Positions 47,403 through 58,479 of a DNA stretch of 64,000 nt are shown one piece after another. The position numbers and the translations under genes were made by a program. This DNA comes from Diplonema japonicum (Eukaryota > Protista > Euglenozoa: Diplonemea), in contig OZ025657.1 in assembly GCA_964019335.1 (NCBI GenBank), positions 62,001-126,000 on the forward strand, written 5' to 3'. Under the pieces are notes generated by a model that worked only from the letters and a program-made list of their open reading frames with translations, made no database searches and had not been told where the DNA came from. Positions within the stretch are counted from its first letter, which is position 1. Every line of letters begins with the position of its first letter.

Positions 47403-50400
47403 CTACTGCATAAAACCGAGTCCTATATCGTTCTCGTCGTCGCTGTCGTCATCCACAACCTGAGAGGATTGCTATGTTTGACAAGGCCAAACCTTTCGGA
47501 GAATCACCGGGAGACGGAAGAGGCGCACTGTTCTTGTCTCCCTCTGTCCTGCGTTGTCTGTCTTCCAGATGCGTATCTTCTTCCGTAGTTCTTTAAGGGT
47601 CACCTTTTGTTGATCTGTGAGGACCACACGGTGCTTGTCCCTCTCAAGCAAGTGCAACACGCAAACCGTTCTCACAACAGACTGCGTGCGGTGTGACCTT
47701 GTGGCATTCATACCTGCAGCACCTGTGTCGCTAGGAGCCTGTCAGCCTTTTTCTGGAACTGCCTGGTGGATTCCACTTCCTCCAGGTTCAGTGCCACATC
47801 CTTTAAAGAGTTTCTCCCCTTCCCCCATGCACACCTCATAAGAGTGATGGCACAAGATGTGCAGCACCTCGTGGAACCTGAACGACGGCCACATTGGTGG
47901 CGGCCATACCTTCGCCAGCTCGGCCCTGTGTGTTCATACTTCTTGTCAACGCCGATAGCATACTGTTGCAACTTGGCATCGCACGACTTGATCTCCTTGT
48001 TGATGCCTCTGAGCCTGAACCAGTCCAGCTTCAACATTAACGTGTTGAAGAACTTCTTCTGGTAGATTGGATGCAGCCCTAGCTTATTATGATAGAACAG
48101 CGACTCCATGAGGTGCGCCATCCGCCAACGAGGAATCTCAGAGGAGTTTCCTTGCACGGTCTTACACCACATAAGACGGAAGACATCTATCTCAGACTCA
48201 GAGACGCGGAAGCGGTTTCGCGAGATGGCATGCTGGACCTCGTCCAAGATGGCAGCTGTGACGAGGTTGAGGAAGATGTACGCGCCAAGAACAAAGAAGC
48301 TTACGAAATAGACTATCGAGAGTGCCTTTGACCCGCAATCGTTGAAGCCCTTAGAGAGGTCGGCATCTGTCCCACCATCGATGCTGCCCACCCAAGGCGG
48401 CGGCTGTCTGCTGCAGAAAGGGTCCTCCATCATGACATCATGCATGATGTGGATCCAGTTGTCAGACGTGATGACCAGCGACAGTGTACAGAAAGCGTTA
48501 AAGAACCCGCGGAAATTGAAGTCGCTGTTGACAGATGCCCCCATGCGAATGCCGCCAAAGAGCTCCATCCCAATGGCCCCCCATATCCAGATGAACAGGA
48601 CCACGATGAGCATGATGTTGCTGATCGCAGGGATGGACGCTAGCAGGCTGTCGAATAGGAAGGCAACACCCTTCGACCTCCGTATCATCTTGAAAACACG
48701 TAGAATCCTGAAGATACGGATGATGGAGAACAGTTTCTTGGCAGCTCCAGCGTTGGAGGAAAGGGACGCTGCCTTGAGGGCAAGGCCTGTAATGGAGCCA
48801 AGGACAATGAAAGAGTCGAACCGGTTCCATTTGTCTTTGAAGTAAGCGGTTGGGGAGAGTGCGAAGACACGGATCAGGCACTCTGCTATGTAGATGGACA
48901 CGATGACTGTGTTCGCGACCTCAAGAAACTCCTTGTGCGTGCTGTCCATCTGGTCCTGACGGTACTCAGAAGCCATCATCAGGATGTTAATTATGATGAC
49001 GAAGTTGATGAAGGCATCGAACGACCGATTTTTCGTGAACTGCTTGGGACCCACGTACCTCAGTACGACATCCCGCATGGCGCCGATGGTAGTCAGCTCG
49101 CCGTGCTCATCGCGCTCGGGGGGGTGTACCCACGGCAGGGGCTGCGCAACCTTGATGTAGTGCATGAGATCGATCCATTCTACTTGTTCTCTGATCAGAA
49201 CAGCGGTCCCCGACTGCCTTCGTATCGCATCAGTGATGACAAAAATCACAAGGTTCACGATTACGAAGCTCATCAGGATCATGTACACAATGAAGAACAG
49301 CGAGTACACCGCGTTGTTGTCCTTCGACGGGCCGCTCGTTGTCGTCGTCGAGTCTACAGCGTGCAGCATGGGGGTGCCCCAGTCCTCCCCAGAAGCAACT
49401 GCCACTAATGTCACAATAGCATCACCAATAGTGTCAAAGTTTCTCCAAGGCGACTTCCAAACCCTCGGTGCCAGGTACTCATCGGCTGTCTCGAACACAT
49501 CTGAGCCAGACGTTCCTGTTGCACAGTTGTTCTTGTACATAACAGTCTCTTCCGTACAGTACCCCAGCTTGCCTGCTAGAAGGCTCACAGCCAATAACCC
49601 AAACGAGAAATAACAGAACAACGCCAACAGCAACACAGCACCAATGCGTACCAACGTGCGTGGATGTAACAATGCCTGCAGGAGTACCCTTAAGCTCTCC
49701 ACCCGTCTGATGACTCGTATCACACGTAGCACCCTGAAGATTCTGATGCTCTTGAACCCATTCTTGGCACCTGTTTGTTCCAACACGAAACTCACGTACA
49801 TGACGTTCAAGATCGTGAAGTCCAACACGTTCCAAGGGTTCATGAGGTACGCTTCCTCGCGCTTCCTTGCAGGGTCTCTTGGCTTGGACATCCATATGAA
49901 GCCGTACGCTGTGATCTTGATTAAAAACTCCCCAGTGAAGATGATGAGAAACAAGACGCTGAGGATATCATCTACATTTGTAGGGAGGGTGCCACCACTA
50001 GTGTGGAGGGCTGCGTCGCCCCAGGCCTCGTTGGGGGGTGAGAAGATGAGGAGGAACGATGACACAAGCACCGAGGCGAGTATTCCTTTGATGAAGATCT
50101 GCGACTGGCAAATCTTCAGCGCCGTCACACGTATTATGTGATTCTCATGAAGCAAGAACAGTGCAAGACCTTTCAGCATGTGCTCATGCCGCTTCTTCCG
50201 TAGAGAGATCCAACGTGGAAGGCGCATGGATAGCTTCTTTTCCCCAACTGTCTCTTCACTGCTTATTCTGACCACTGGCTTGGTTGCCACCTGTTCTTCT
50301 CTATTGTCCTCGTCGTGCAGCACGTTGTCGTCTGTTTTCGGATTGCTTTCAGGCTTTACTTCCAGGTTCTGTGCCACCTTGAATGCCTCGATAGCTTTCT

Positions 50401-53191
50401 TCAGTCGTTTCTCCGAATTCTTAGGTGAGGATGACTTCAAAAAACTACCGTGTGACTCTAAATCCTCGTCGCTGCTTGTGCCGTCGTCTTCATCGGACGA
50501 GTCAAGCAGTGTGGGGAACACTTCCACCTCGCGCAGCTCCCGCAACATGCTCGGACCGCCAGTTGCCAGCATACGGAGTTTCGCTTTTGTCTCTGATGTT
50601 GTAGCTTTGTTAGTCTCCAGCTTCTTCAAGTTGGCCTCTTCACTTGTTACAGCCGCCGTAACCACAGACTCCGCCTGCGCGGCCTTTTTCAGCATCTCCG
50701 TCACTCGCACCTGCCGTGCAGTGAACAAGGTAGTTTGCCGCATCCGCCCCATCTTTGCGCTCTTGCTCGTCAAAGCTTTTTTGTTGCTGTCGTTCACCAA
50801 AAGTATACAAGCACGGATAGAGGACTTCAGCCGCACGCCTTCCATCACTCGCGCTGAGTTCGCGACGCTGCGCTTGTTCATTTCAATTTTCCGCTTGAAA
50901 TTCGTCTTTTGCATCTCTGTGGTGCGTGCCCGAGTTGCCCATTTGTGCATGTTCACAATTGCGCACACAGAAGCTATGTTTTCCTCGTCCACACCGTCCG
51001 CTGCGTTCAGCATGTCCACCTTTCGCAAGAACTTGCTAAACATGGAGCGGGACTGCGTCACCACCTCGTGGTTATCAAGATTCTTATCAAGAGGCGAGAA
51101 CGTGTCGAACTCCTGCAGCAACACGGCAATGAACATCGACAGGAGAACCCAATTGCTGCATATCACAAACGCATAGAAGTAAAGCATGGCAGGAACAAAC
51201 ATGTCTGATGAGGCGGACATAGCTTGGTACATCGGGTAGCTCCAGTTGTCGCCTGCCATCACCAGGAACAGCGTGCGCAGCCCGTCGCCTATTGTATTGA
51301 AGTGGAAGCGCGATACCCAAATTGGGTCCATGAATGCAGTCCTTGCAGGGAACTTCGTTGTGTCATACAGCCCCGAGAAGAACTGCATGCCCACTGCAGA
51401 GAAAATGAGCATCGCCACAAGCATCATATAAAACAGCGACAAGATAGGCTCCACGTTCACCTTTTGGCAAAAGTCTGTCGCAGACTGATTGAAGCTCAGC
51501 ACCCTAAACACTCTGAGCCTGTTTGCAGGACGCACATCTGCGAACGCAAGCCCCAAGATGCCGAGCACCACAAGCAGGGCCTCGAACCACCACATCTTCT
51601 TACTTAGAAAGAACTGCCATTCCAACGAGAAGCGCACCAGCTGCTCGATGATGTAGAAGGCAAGAAAGCCATACTCAGAGTCAATTAAGAGCTGCTTTTG
51701 GCTGTCATTCATTGTGGAGTGCTCAGTAGCAAGAAGAGCTACGTTTCCAATCACCACTATGACCACACCTTTCAGAAACAACTCTCTCGCCCTAATGTGC
51801 CATATTACCTCTTCCTCACTGGCGCGACTCAGCTCTTCCGCCCTGTCAGGCGACTCCACGGCATTATCCTCTTTCGCCTCCTCCACTGGTTTGGTTGTGG
51901 TCAGCACATTCTGCGGTTGGGGCGACATCTCCACGTCCTCGCAGCTGGCGTCAAAAGCAAGTGGGTACCTCTCCTGCAGAGTCTTGGTAAACCTTTCGGG
52001 GAGGATGTCAGCTGCGTCCCTCACCATACGATTCCACACAGTATGCTTCAGGAGGGTGTCGGGGTCTTCCCCCTCCATCTCAACGCGAAGCTCTTGAAAG
52101 TGAAAAACAATAATGGCGATGAAGAGGTTTATGATGATGAACCTGCACGAGACTATGACGGCCACGAAGAAGAAGTAAGTGAAATGCTGGTCGCGAGAAT
52201 GGAACAGTGGCCGCATGATGTCGCCCCAGTTCTCGAGCTGGGCGACTTGGAAGATGGAGATGCAGGCGGTCCCGAAGTGGTCGAAGTTGAGCCACCCGGG
52301 GTCAGAGTTCCCGACGTCCACGCAAGTCAGGGCATCAGGGCAGGGGCGTTCTGGGAAGAGTGAGTGGGCTGTGTCTGAACATGCAAGGTTCTCGACCTCT
52401 ATGCCGTTGTCGATGCAGGAGAAGGCGTGGCCCGCTGCGAAAAACTCGACGGCACCGATGCTGAAGAAGACGACGAAGAAGATGAGGATGCCGATGTTGT
52501 CCACGAGAAGCGAAGCGGAGCGCTCTACTGCTTGGAACACGGCCCGGGCAGACCGCATCTCAGGGAAGTACGTATGGGGGAGGCACTTCAAGACACGGAG
52601 GGCATGCACACCATGCAGGCCCACTGTCATAAAGGCCACGGAAGAGAGGAGTGCGAAGAGGTCCATCCTGTTGCTCATAGATGACCCGAGGTAGGTTGTG
52701 AAACCCCAAGTAACGCAATGGAGGAGGACCTCGAAGAGGAAGATGGCGACGACCAGCCAGTCGAAGACGACTAGAGCCTCCTGGGTGCTAGTGGTGGGGC
52801 TGCCATGGACTTTCCGTGGCTCGAAGAAAAGGGCTGTGGTTGAGATCCAAATGAGGAGATTAACGGCAATGACCCACCGTCTTGATGTAAGTAACTTGTG
52901 CAACCGAACGCGCACCGTGGAGTCGGGAGGAAGTACATTGAGCGTGAAGCCCTCCAATGCCGTCTCCTTTGTGAAGGCTATGTTTATTGAAACTTCAGGC
53001 ATCGTATTGTTGAACCCACCTGCCGTGTTCAGGTTGTCTCCGCCCTCCCCTATGTCATCGAGCAAATCAAAATCATGGCTTGCTACGAGCTGCGGTGGGC
53101 CACTCGCGAGTTCTAAATGCCCACTTGCAGCTGAGAATCTTCTGTTCAGGTTCACACTGACCTTTCTGATCTCCTCGCATCCTGCTTCCAT
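47403..53191 (-). CDS. Four-domain voltage-gated Ca2+-type channel alpha subunit; introns 47878-47909, 47801-47834, 47682-47713, 47460-47492
   Basis: Four 6-TM repeats. S4 segments KSIRIFRVLRVIRVIRR and IIRIFRILRVFKMIRR. Pore loops QLENW, AGDNW, SGEDW, TSDNW. Splicing restores FHEVLHIL and IQ-like ATQVLQSVVR. Confidence 0.92.
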
Positions 53192-53656
53192 CCCCGACCT
53201 GGTTTTTGATGATTTGAAGGAATAACATGTGAATATAAAAAGAACGGGGGGAAGAGGGGAAATCCAAAATTAAAAGAAGGGAAAAAAACACTTGAAGGGA
53301 AGGGGGAGAAGAGGGCTGGGGAATAGCAAAAAAAGGAGGTTTCCACTTGAAAAGAAGAAAAACAAAAACATACACTAGAAAAATAAAAGTGAACGAAGTA
53401 CACCAATCCTTCACCCGAAGGGGGGGGGGGGGAAGGGAGTGTCGAGGTGGTATAGAAAAAAAAATGCAGAAACAAAAAAAAATATACATGAAAACAAAAC
53501 CAAAAAAAAAGAGATGAGATAAAGGAGGTTCCTGTTTTGGAACGTCCCCCTTGTCTCTACTTATCTACCCCTTTCTCCCTTCTGGGGCCTCGGCCTTTCT
53601 TTCTTTTTTGGCTGTGTCAAAAAAAAAAAAAAAAAAAAAAAAAAAGCAACAAAACC

Positions 53657-54400
53657 CTATTCCATGACCTTCTTGTACATGTTGCCCTTCTCTTGCATCA
53701 TGTTGCTCCTGATCGACATCAACTCCTCCTTGATCTGAAGGGAGAGTTCTTTTTTTTCTTTCTTTTCCCATACCTCCCGAATGCGAGTCATGTCCTGCTT
53801 TGTCTTATCCACGTACCTCTTCTCAAGGAAAGGGTTGTCAAGGAAAACATTGATCTTGCCCAGCTTTTCAAGCTGGTGGATGGGGCGACCGTCAGTTTGG
53901 TCCCAGGCCTATGACGAATTAGTTTTATGTTTCATGAGTTCCCAACATACCTGGTGACCAGTGGAGGACCCGGAGGACCTGATACGGTTGGTCTGAATGT
54001 GCTGCAAGCCCATACCGGGACGGGCGTGATACCTAAGGAACTCATACGCCCTGTTCCTCTGCGCAGTAATCTCCATGGTGAAGTGCATGTAAGCCATCAT
54101 CGCAGAGTCATCCGAGCGCAGAGGTCTTATCCCATCTATCATGTCGCCGAACTCATACCTCCACGGCAGGAGAAACAGGTATAACGCAGGTGCCGCCATG
54201 CACCAGTACACTCTGCTGTACATGCTCTTGTTCGACCCGAACATCTCTGCCGCAGTCGGCCCGTCCCACGTCATCTTCACATGCTCGTTGTTGTGCGCGT
54301 ACTTCTTGGGGATGTTGTACCTCACCACCCCTCTCCGCTCCGCCACCCTGGTTCCTCTGAACAGCGAGCGCATCTCATTCCACCGGAAATATCTAGACAT
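53657..54400 (-). CDS. Single-TM hypothetical protein, possibly mitochondrial; introns 53909-53950, 53735-53773
   Basis: Arg-rich N-terminus and one hydrophobic segment. Two phase-0 GTATG introns extend the frame to ..YKKVME*. Confidence 0.6.
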
Positions 54401-54492
54401 CTGAACGCCCTTCCCCGCCCTGCCGAAGTGTAAAGTGCTAAAGAACAGAAATTAGGGGTAAATAAAAAGGGTACATTTTCTTCAATACATAA

Positions 54493-56472
54493 TTACAATA
54501 CTGGGTGCGGCGCAGGGCTGACGATGCCGATCCGCTGCACGTATGTCATGGGCGAGGGCATGCCCTCGGTGCCCCTGGCACAGGGCGTTGAGTCGGCAGA
54601 CATGGTGGAGAGTGAAGCTGTTGAAGACTCACGCTCGATAGAGAGCATGACCTGCGGTGGGGAAACAGGAGGCATGGGAGGTGGTTGGCAGTGCCGTGGA
54701 GACATGGACCGCCGTGGACTGGTAGAGGTTGCCCTCCCAGGGGCATGCACCCAACCACTGTCGTTGTAGAAGGGTCTGTAAGGAAACTTCTCACGTGCAA
54801 CTGGATTCGGAACATAGTTTGGCCGCGTCCTTGCCATTTTGTCCATAGCGTCCTTCAAGGCTTCTACCGTTGTGGGTCCCTTCCTCACCCTCCCAGGCGA
54901 CATGCTCTTCGAGCTCTTTTTGCTGTATGTCCCGTGCCTCTGGAGCTCAGCGATCTTCTTTTTCGACGTCGTGATCACCTCTTCTTTTTCGAGGATCTTG
55001 TCATTCGCCTCCTCCAACTTCCTTCGCAGTGCAGCAGTCTGGTCACGTAGGTCTGTCACTTCATTCCACACCATCTCATTCCCTGTCATGAGCTGCCGCT
55101 TCGTGGAGTCCGTCTCTGCCTGCACCATGGAGTGTGCCTGCTGCATCTCCATCATCACTGCGACGGCCTTGTCCTTGCTTGTCACTGTTGTAAGTAGCTT
55201 GGCTTCGAGCTCTGCACTTTCACGCAGTTCTTGTCCTAGTACTGTTTGGTAGAAGGCAGCCCGTGATGCCGCCTCTGTGGCCTTAACTTCCATAAAACAC
55301 ATGGCTTGCTCGTGCTGCAGATCGCCTCTCGCCTGCTTCTCTTCCAACACCACTGTGCTGCGCTCATTCATTAGCGTTGCGATCCTGCAGGTGGACAGCT
55401 TCTCCTTCATCCGGCTCATTTCTGACAACCCTGCGTCCTTAATCCGTAGTTCTTCTTTAAGTGTCGAGATCAGCTCTTGAGCTGTTTCCAATTTTTTCTT
55501 CAGCTTAACTGATCTCACCTCTTCCTCCTCTGCATCCTTGAGTAATCCTTCATGCGAAGCCATAGTGTGCTTCAACATCTGCTCTGCAGATTTGATCTTT
55601 GCTTCTTTGTCCTCAATCGACATGTGTGAGCACAGCAGCCGTTTGGACGACGCTACTTCTGACTTGCTTATATTCAGCTCTAGCTCAGCCTGTGCTTGCC
55701 TCTGTTCCGCCTGGTCTTTGTCGTGCTTTAGCTTCATCATGGCTTCCTGCATCATGAAGCTTGTTTCTGCAGCCTCGTTCAAAGCTTGTTGTTGAAGGTC
55801 TATCTTGCTCTGTTGTTCCTCTGCGAGGTTTTTATACTTTCGTGCGACAGACTGGGCCATGCCGAGCTCATCTTTTAAGAAGTCCTGCTCTCGCTGGGCT
55901 TCTTCGGAGCATATCTTGAACTCGGCCAGTTCCTTCTTTATTCTCTTGATCTCCGGGTGAGGTGAGTAGCTGCTGCCCACGGATGCCAGAGTTGTTTTTA
56001 CCGATGACAAGATTTGATCGCACTCAAGAGTCTCAGGGTCTTCATAGTGTACTCCTCTGGGGGGCGATGCCATAAGAGATACAGGACTGTCGACAGGACG
56101 CAGGGGAGGTGGTGGTGACACTGCTGCGGACATGGGTGACCCGCAGGGGCTGGTGTGGTCCAACTTGGGCACCCCAGCAGGGGTAGAAGGGGGCAGCGTT
56201 GGTGGGGGTACTCTCTTTTCCTTACTGGCACTCAAGCTGTGATATAACTGCTCTAGTAGTACTAAATTCACGCTGTCCGTAAGGACTTGCGCTGCTGGGA
56301 CCCTTGCCCCTGCAGAGCTCGGAGTCCCATGTTCTTCGTCTACCTCATAGCTCTCATCTTCGGCCCCGACTGGGAGGCTGTTAGGTGTGGTGCCAGACCC
56401 AACGCATGGCACCTCCAGCAAAGCCTCTAGATCATCGCCAGTCGCCTGCAACAGAGATGCTGCCAAGGACAT
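54493..56472 (-). CDS. Long coiled-coil protein with Ser/Pro-rich ends
   Basis: Long ORF rich in E/K/Q heptads; likely start MSLAASLL after an AG. Confidence 0.7.
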   Translation of the reverse strand: MSLAASLLQATGDDLEALLEVPCVGSGTTPNSLPVGAEDESYEVDEEHGTPSSAGARVPAAQVLTDSVNLVLLEQLYHSLSASKEKRVPPPTLPPSTPAGVPKLDHTSPCGSPMSAAVSPPPPLRPVDSPVSLMASPPRGVHYEDPETLECDQILSSVKTTLASVGSSYSPHPEIKRIKKELAEFKICSEEAQREQDFLKDELGMAQSVARKYKNLAEEQQSKIDLQQQALNEAAETSFMMQEAMMKLKHDKDQAEQRQAQAELELNISKSEVASSKRLLCSHMSIEDKEAKIKSAEQMLKHTMASHEGLLKDAEEEEVRSVKLKKKLETAQELISTLKEELRIKDAGLSEMSRMKEKLSTCRIATLMNERSTVVLEEKQARGDLQHEQAMCFMEVKATEAASRAAFYQTVLGQELRESAELEAKLLTTVTSKDKAVAVMMEMQQAHSMVQAETDSTKRQLMTGNEMVWNEVTDLRDQTAALRRKLEEANDKILEKEEVITTSKKKIAELQRHGTYSKKSSKSMSPGRVRKGPTTVEALKDAMDKMARTRPNYVPNPVAREKFPYRPFYNDSGWVHAPGRATSTSPRRSMSPRHCQPPPMPPVSPPQVMLSIERESSTASLSTMSADSTPCARGTEGMPSPMTYVQRIGIVSPAPHPVL

Positions 56473-56530
56473 CCCTGTTCCTGAAAGTGAAGAGTAAAAA
56501 GCAATACAGAGAAAAAGGTAAGGGGGTTTG

Positions 56531-57588
56531 TTATTTCTTGAGAGCGTCAATGAGCTGGTACTCACGAGGAGTGAGGTGGAGGTTGGGGGCCTCGAGATTT
56601 TGTTTAATGTGGTCGGGGTTGCGGCTGCGGGGGATGACAACCTGTCAAAAGGTGCAAAGGAAACAGTAGTAGATCATACCTGTCCGGAGTGAAGGGCCCA
56701 ACGGAGGATGACCACGCCTGGGGACACCCCGTGGTCATCAGCTATCTTAAGCACGTCGGGGTGAGTTAGGATGGGGTTCTTGTTGCCAGGCGAACGCATC
56801 ATGTGCTGTGTGCCGAGGGACGAGTACGCCTCGAACTGGATGTCGTGGTTTCTGCAGAACTCTTGTATTTGTTTGTTCGGCTGCAGCGGGTCCGAGTGCG
56901 TCTGCACCACCGATGGCTTTTCTCTCGCAAACTCCCACAGCTCCTTCAACTCCTTTACGCCAAAATTCGACACCCCTAGAAAGCGAATCTTCCCCTCTTC
57001 CTGCATGTTCTCCATCACTCGCCATGTGTCTTGCCATGTCCCTTCAGGGGCCGTGGGGCACAGCGACCCGAAGCAATGCGGGTAGTGTATTAACAGCAAG
57101 TCTAGATAAGGTGAACCAAGGTCTTTTAACGATTGGTTAATCGCTGCTGTTGAAGCCCGGGTGCCAAGGTTCTTAGGGTGTAGTTTGGTGGTGATCCACA
57201 AGGTGCTTCTGTCGGGTTTGGCCTCTCTGAGTGCCTCGCCAACAAGGTCCTCCCTGTACCATTCGCGGGCCATTGCGCTGTCGATGTGTGTGTAGCCTGC
57301 ATTAAGGGCATCGAGAACGGCTTGTTTTGTATTTCCTCCCAGACCAGCTGTGCCGAATCCGACTACTGGGAGGCCTTTTCCACGGTGGGGGCTTGGGAGT
57401 TGTATCTCTCCTGCGTCGGCCAAGTCGCCTTTTGCGGTGGCTTCTGCGTGCTTGTGTGATTCCGTTTCGATAATGGTAGCACCTTCTTCCTTCTTCTTCC
57501 CCCATCGCTGGTCGAAGCCCTGCATATAATAGACTTGCACCACCACGATGCAGCACACGATGGTTTGGAGGAGGCGGGTACTCTTCAT
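56531..57588 (-). CDS. Aldo/keto reductase with N-terminal signal/anchor; intron 56642-56679
   Basis: PVVGFGT; catalytic tetrad in HIDSA, EWYRE, ITTKL, LIHYP; LGVSNF. Splicing restores VVIPRSRNPDHIKQNL. Confidence 0.9.
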
Positions 57589-57710
57589 TGTCGTGCCCAC
57601 CTTTAAGATGGAAAGTAAATATAAAGGGGTGTAGAATAAAAAATAAAAAGAATAAAATCAAAGACCTAAGTTGCACGTGTAACCGTGTAAGAAGCGGGAG
57701 GGGACTACCA

Positions 57711-57936
57711 TCATGACCTATGCTTTCGTACTTTCATCACTGCCTGCATTTGGGGCTGCATCCTTTCGTACATATGGCTCAGCCGCACGTAGTCCTTTGT
57801 TGTCTTATTCCACTGTTTTTGGAAATGGTGTACTGCGTGTGATGGGCTCGGCTTGCCTCCGCCTTCTAGGACCTTTGTTTGTTTGGCTGTTTGTTTGTTT
57901 GCATCACAATACCGGGATCGCACTAGCAGCCCCCAT
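57711..57936 (-). CDS. Putative ~61-aa microprotein with myristoylation-like start; intron 57873-57912
   Basis: MGAASAIP joins VLEGGGKPSPSH..RKHRS* through a 40-nt GTATT..CAAAG intron. Confidence 0.4.
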
Positions 57937-58479
57937 GTCTCTTTGCATAGTCAGCCCCATTTTTTCTTTCTTCCTGTTTTCTTTCTTTCTCTTTTCTTTT
58001 GGTTCTCAAATGGTGTGTTCCCCCCCCCCGTTCTATTCTCTTATCTCATATCCTATTTTGTTTTTCTTTGTGGTTGATCTTATATTCCCCGTACTTCTGA
58101 AATAATTTCTAATAAAAAGAGAAAAGAAGAAGAATAAAAATGAAGCCTCTAAATGGCCATAAAAGAAAAAAAAAAAAGCACACCCCACAAATCAAAAGCT
58201 ATGATTTGTCTTTATACCACATGCTACAGTTTCAGGGGGGGAAAAGGCGATATTTAAGGTTTAAATCCCACTTGAAGACGACCCCCCTGTGGTATGGTGT
58301 GTGGTCGGACCACAGATGCAGCACAGGGAGTGTGCCAAAACAAAAATAATAATAACATCCGCATGAGTAATGGAGAAGCGAAGACACAAGGGGACAAATA
58401 ACAATAAGGGGGGAAATCTAAAAAGACGAAAAGGTACAACTGTTTTAGTTTCTGTATAGGGGTTTGAAGAGTTCTACTA

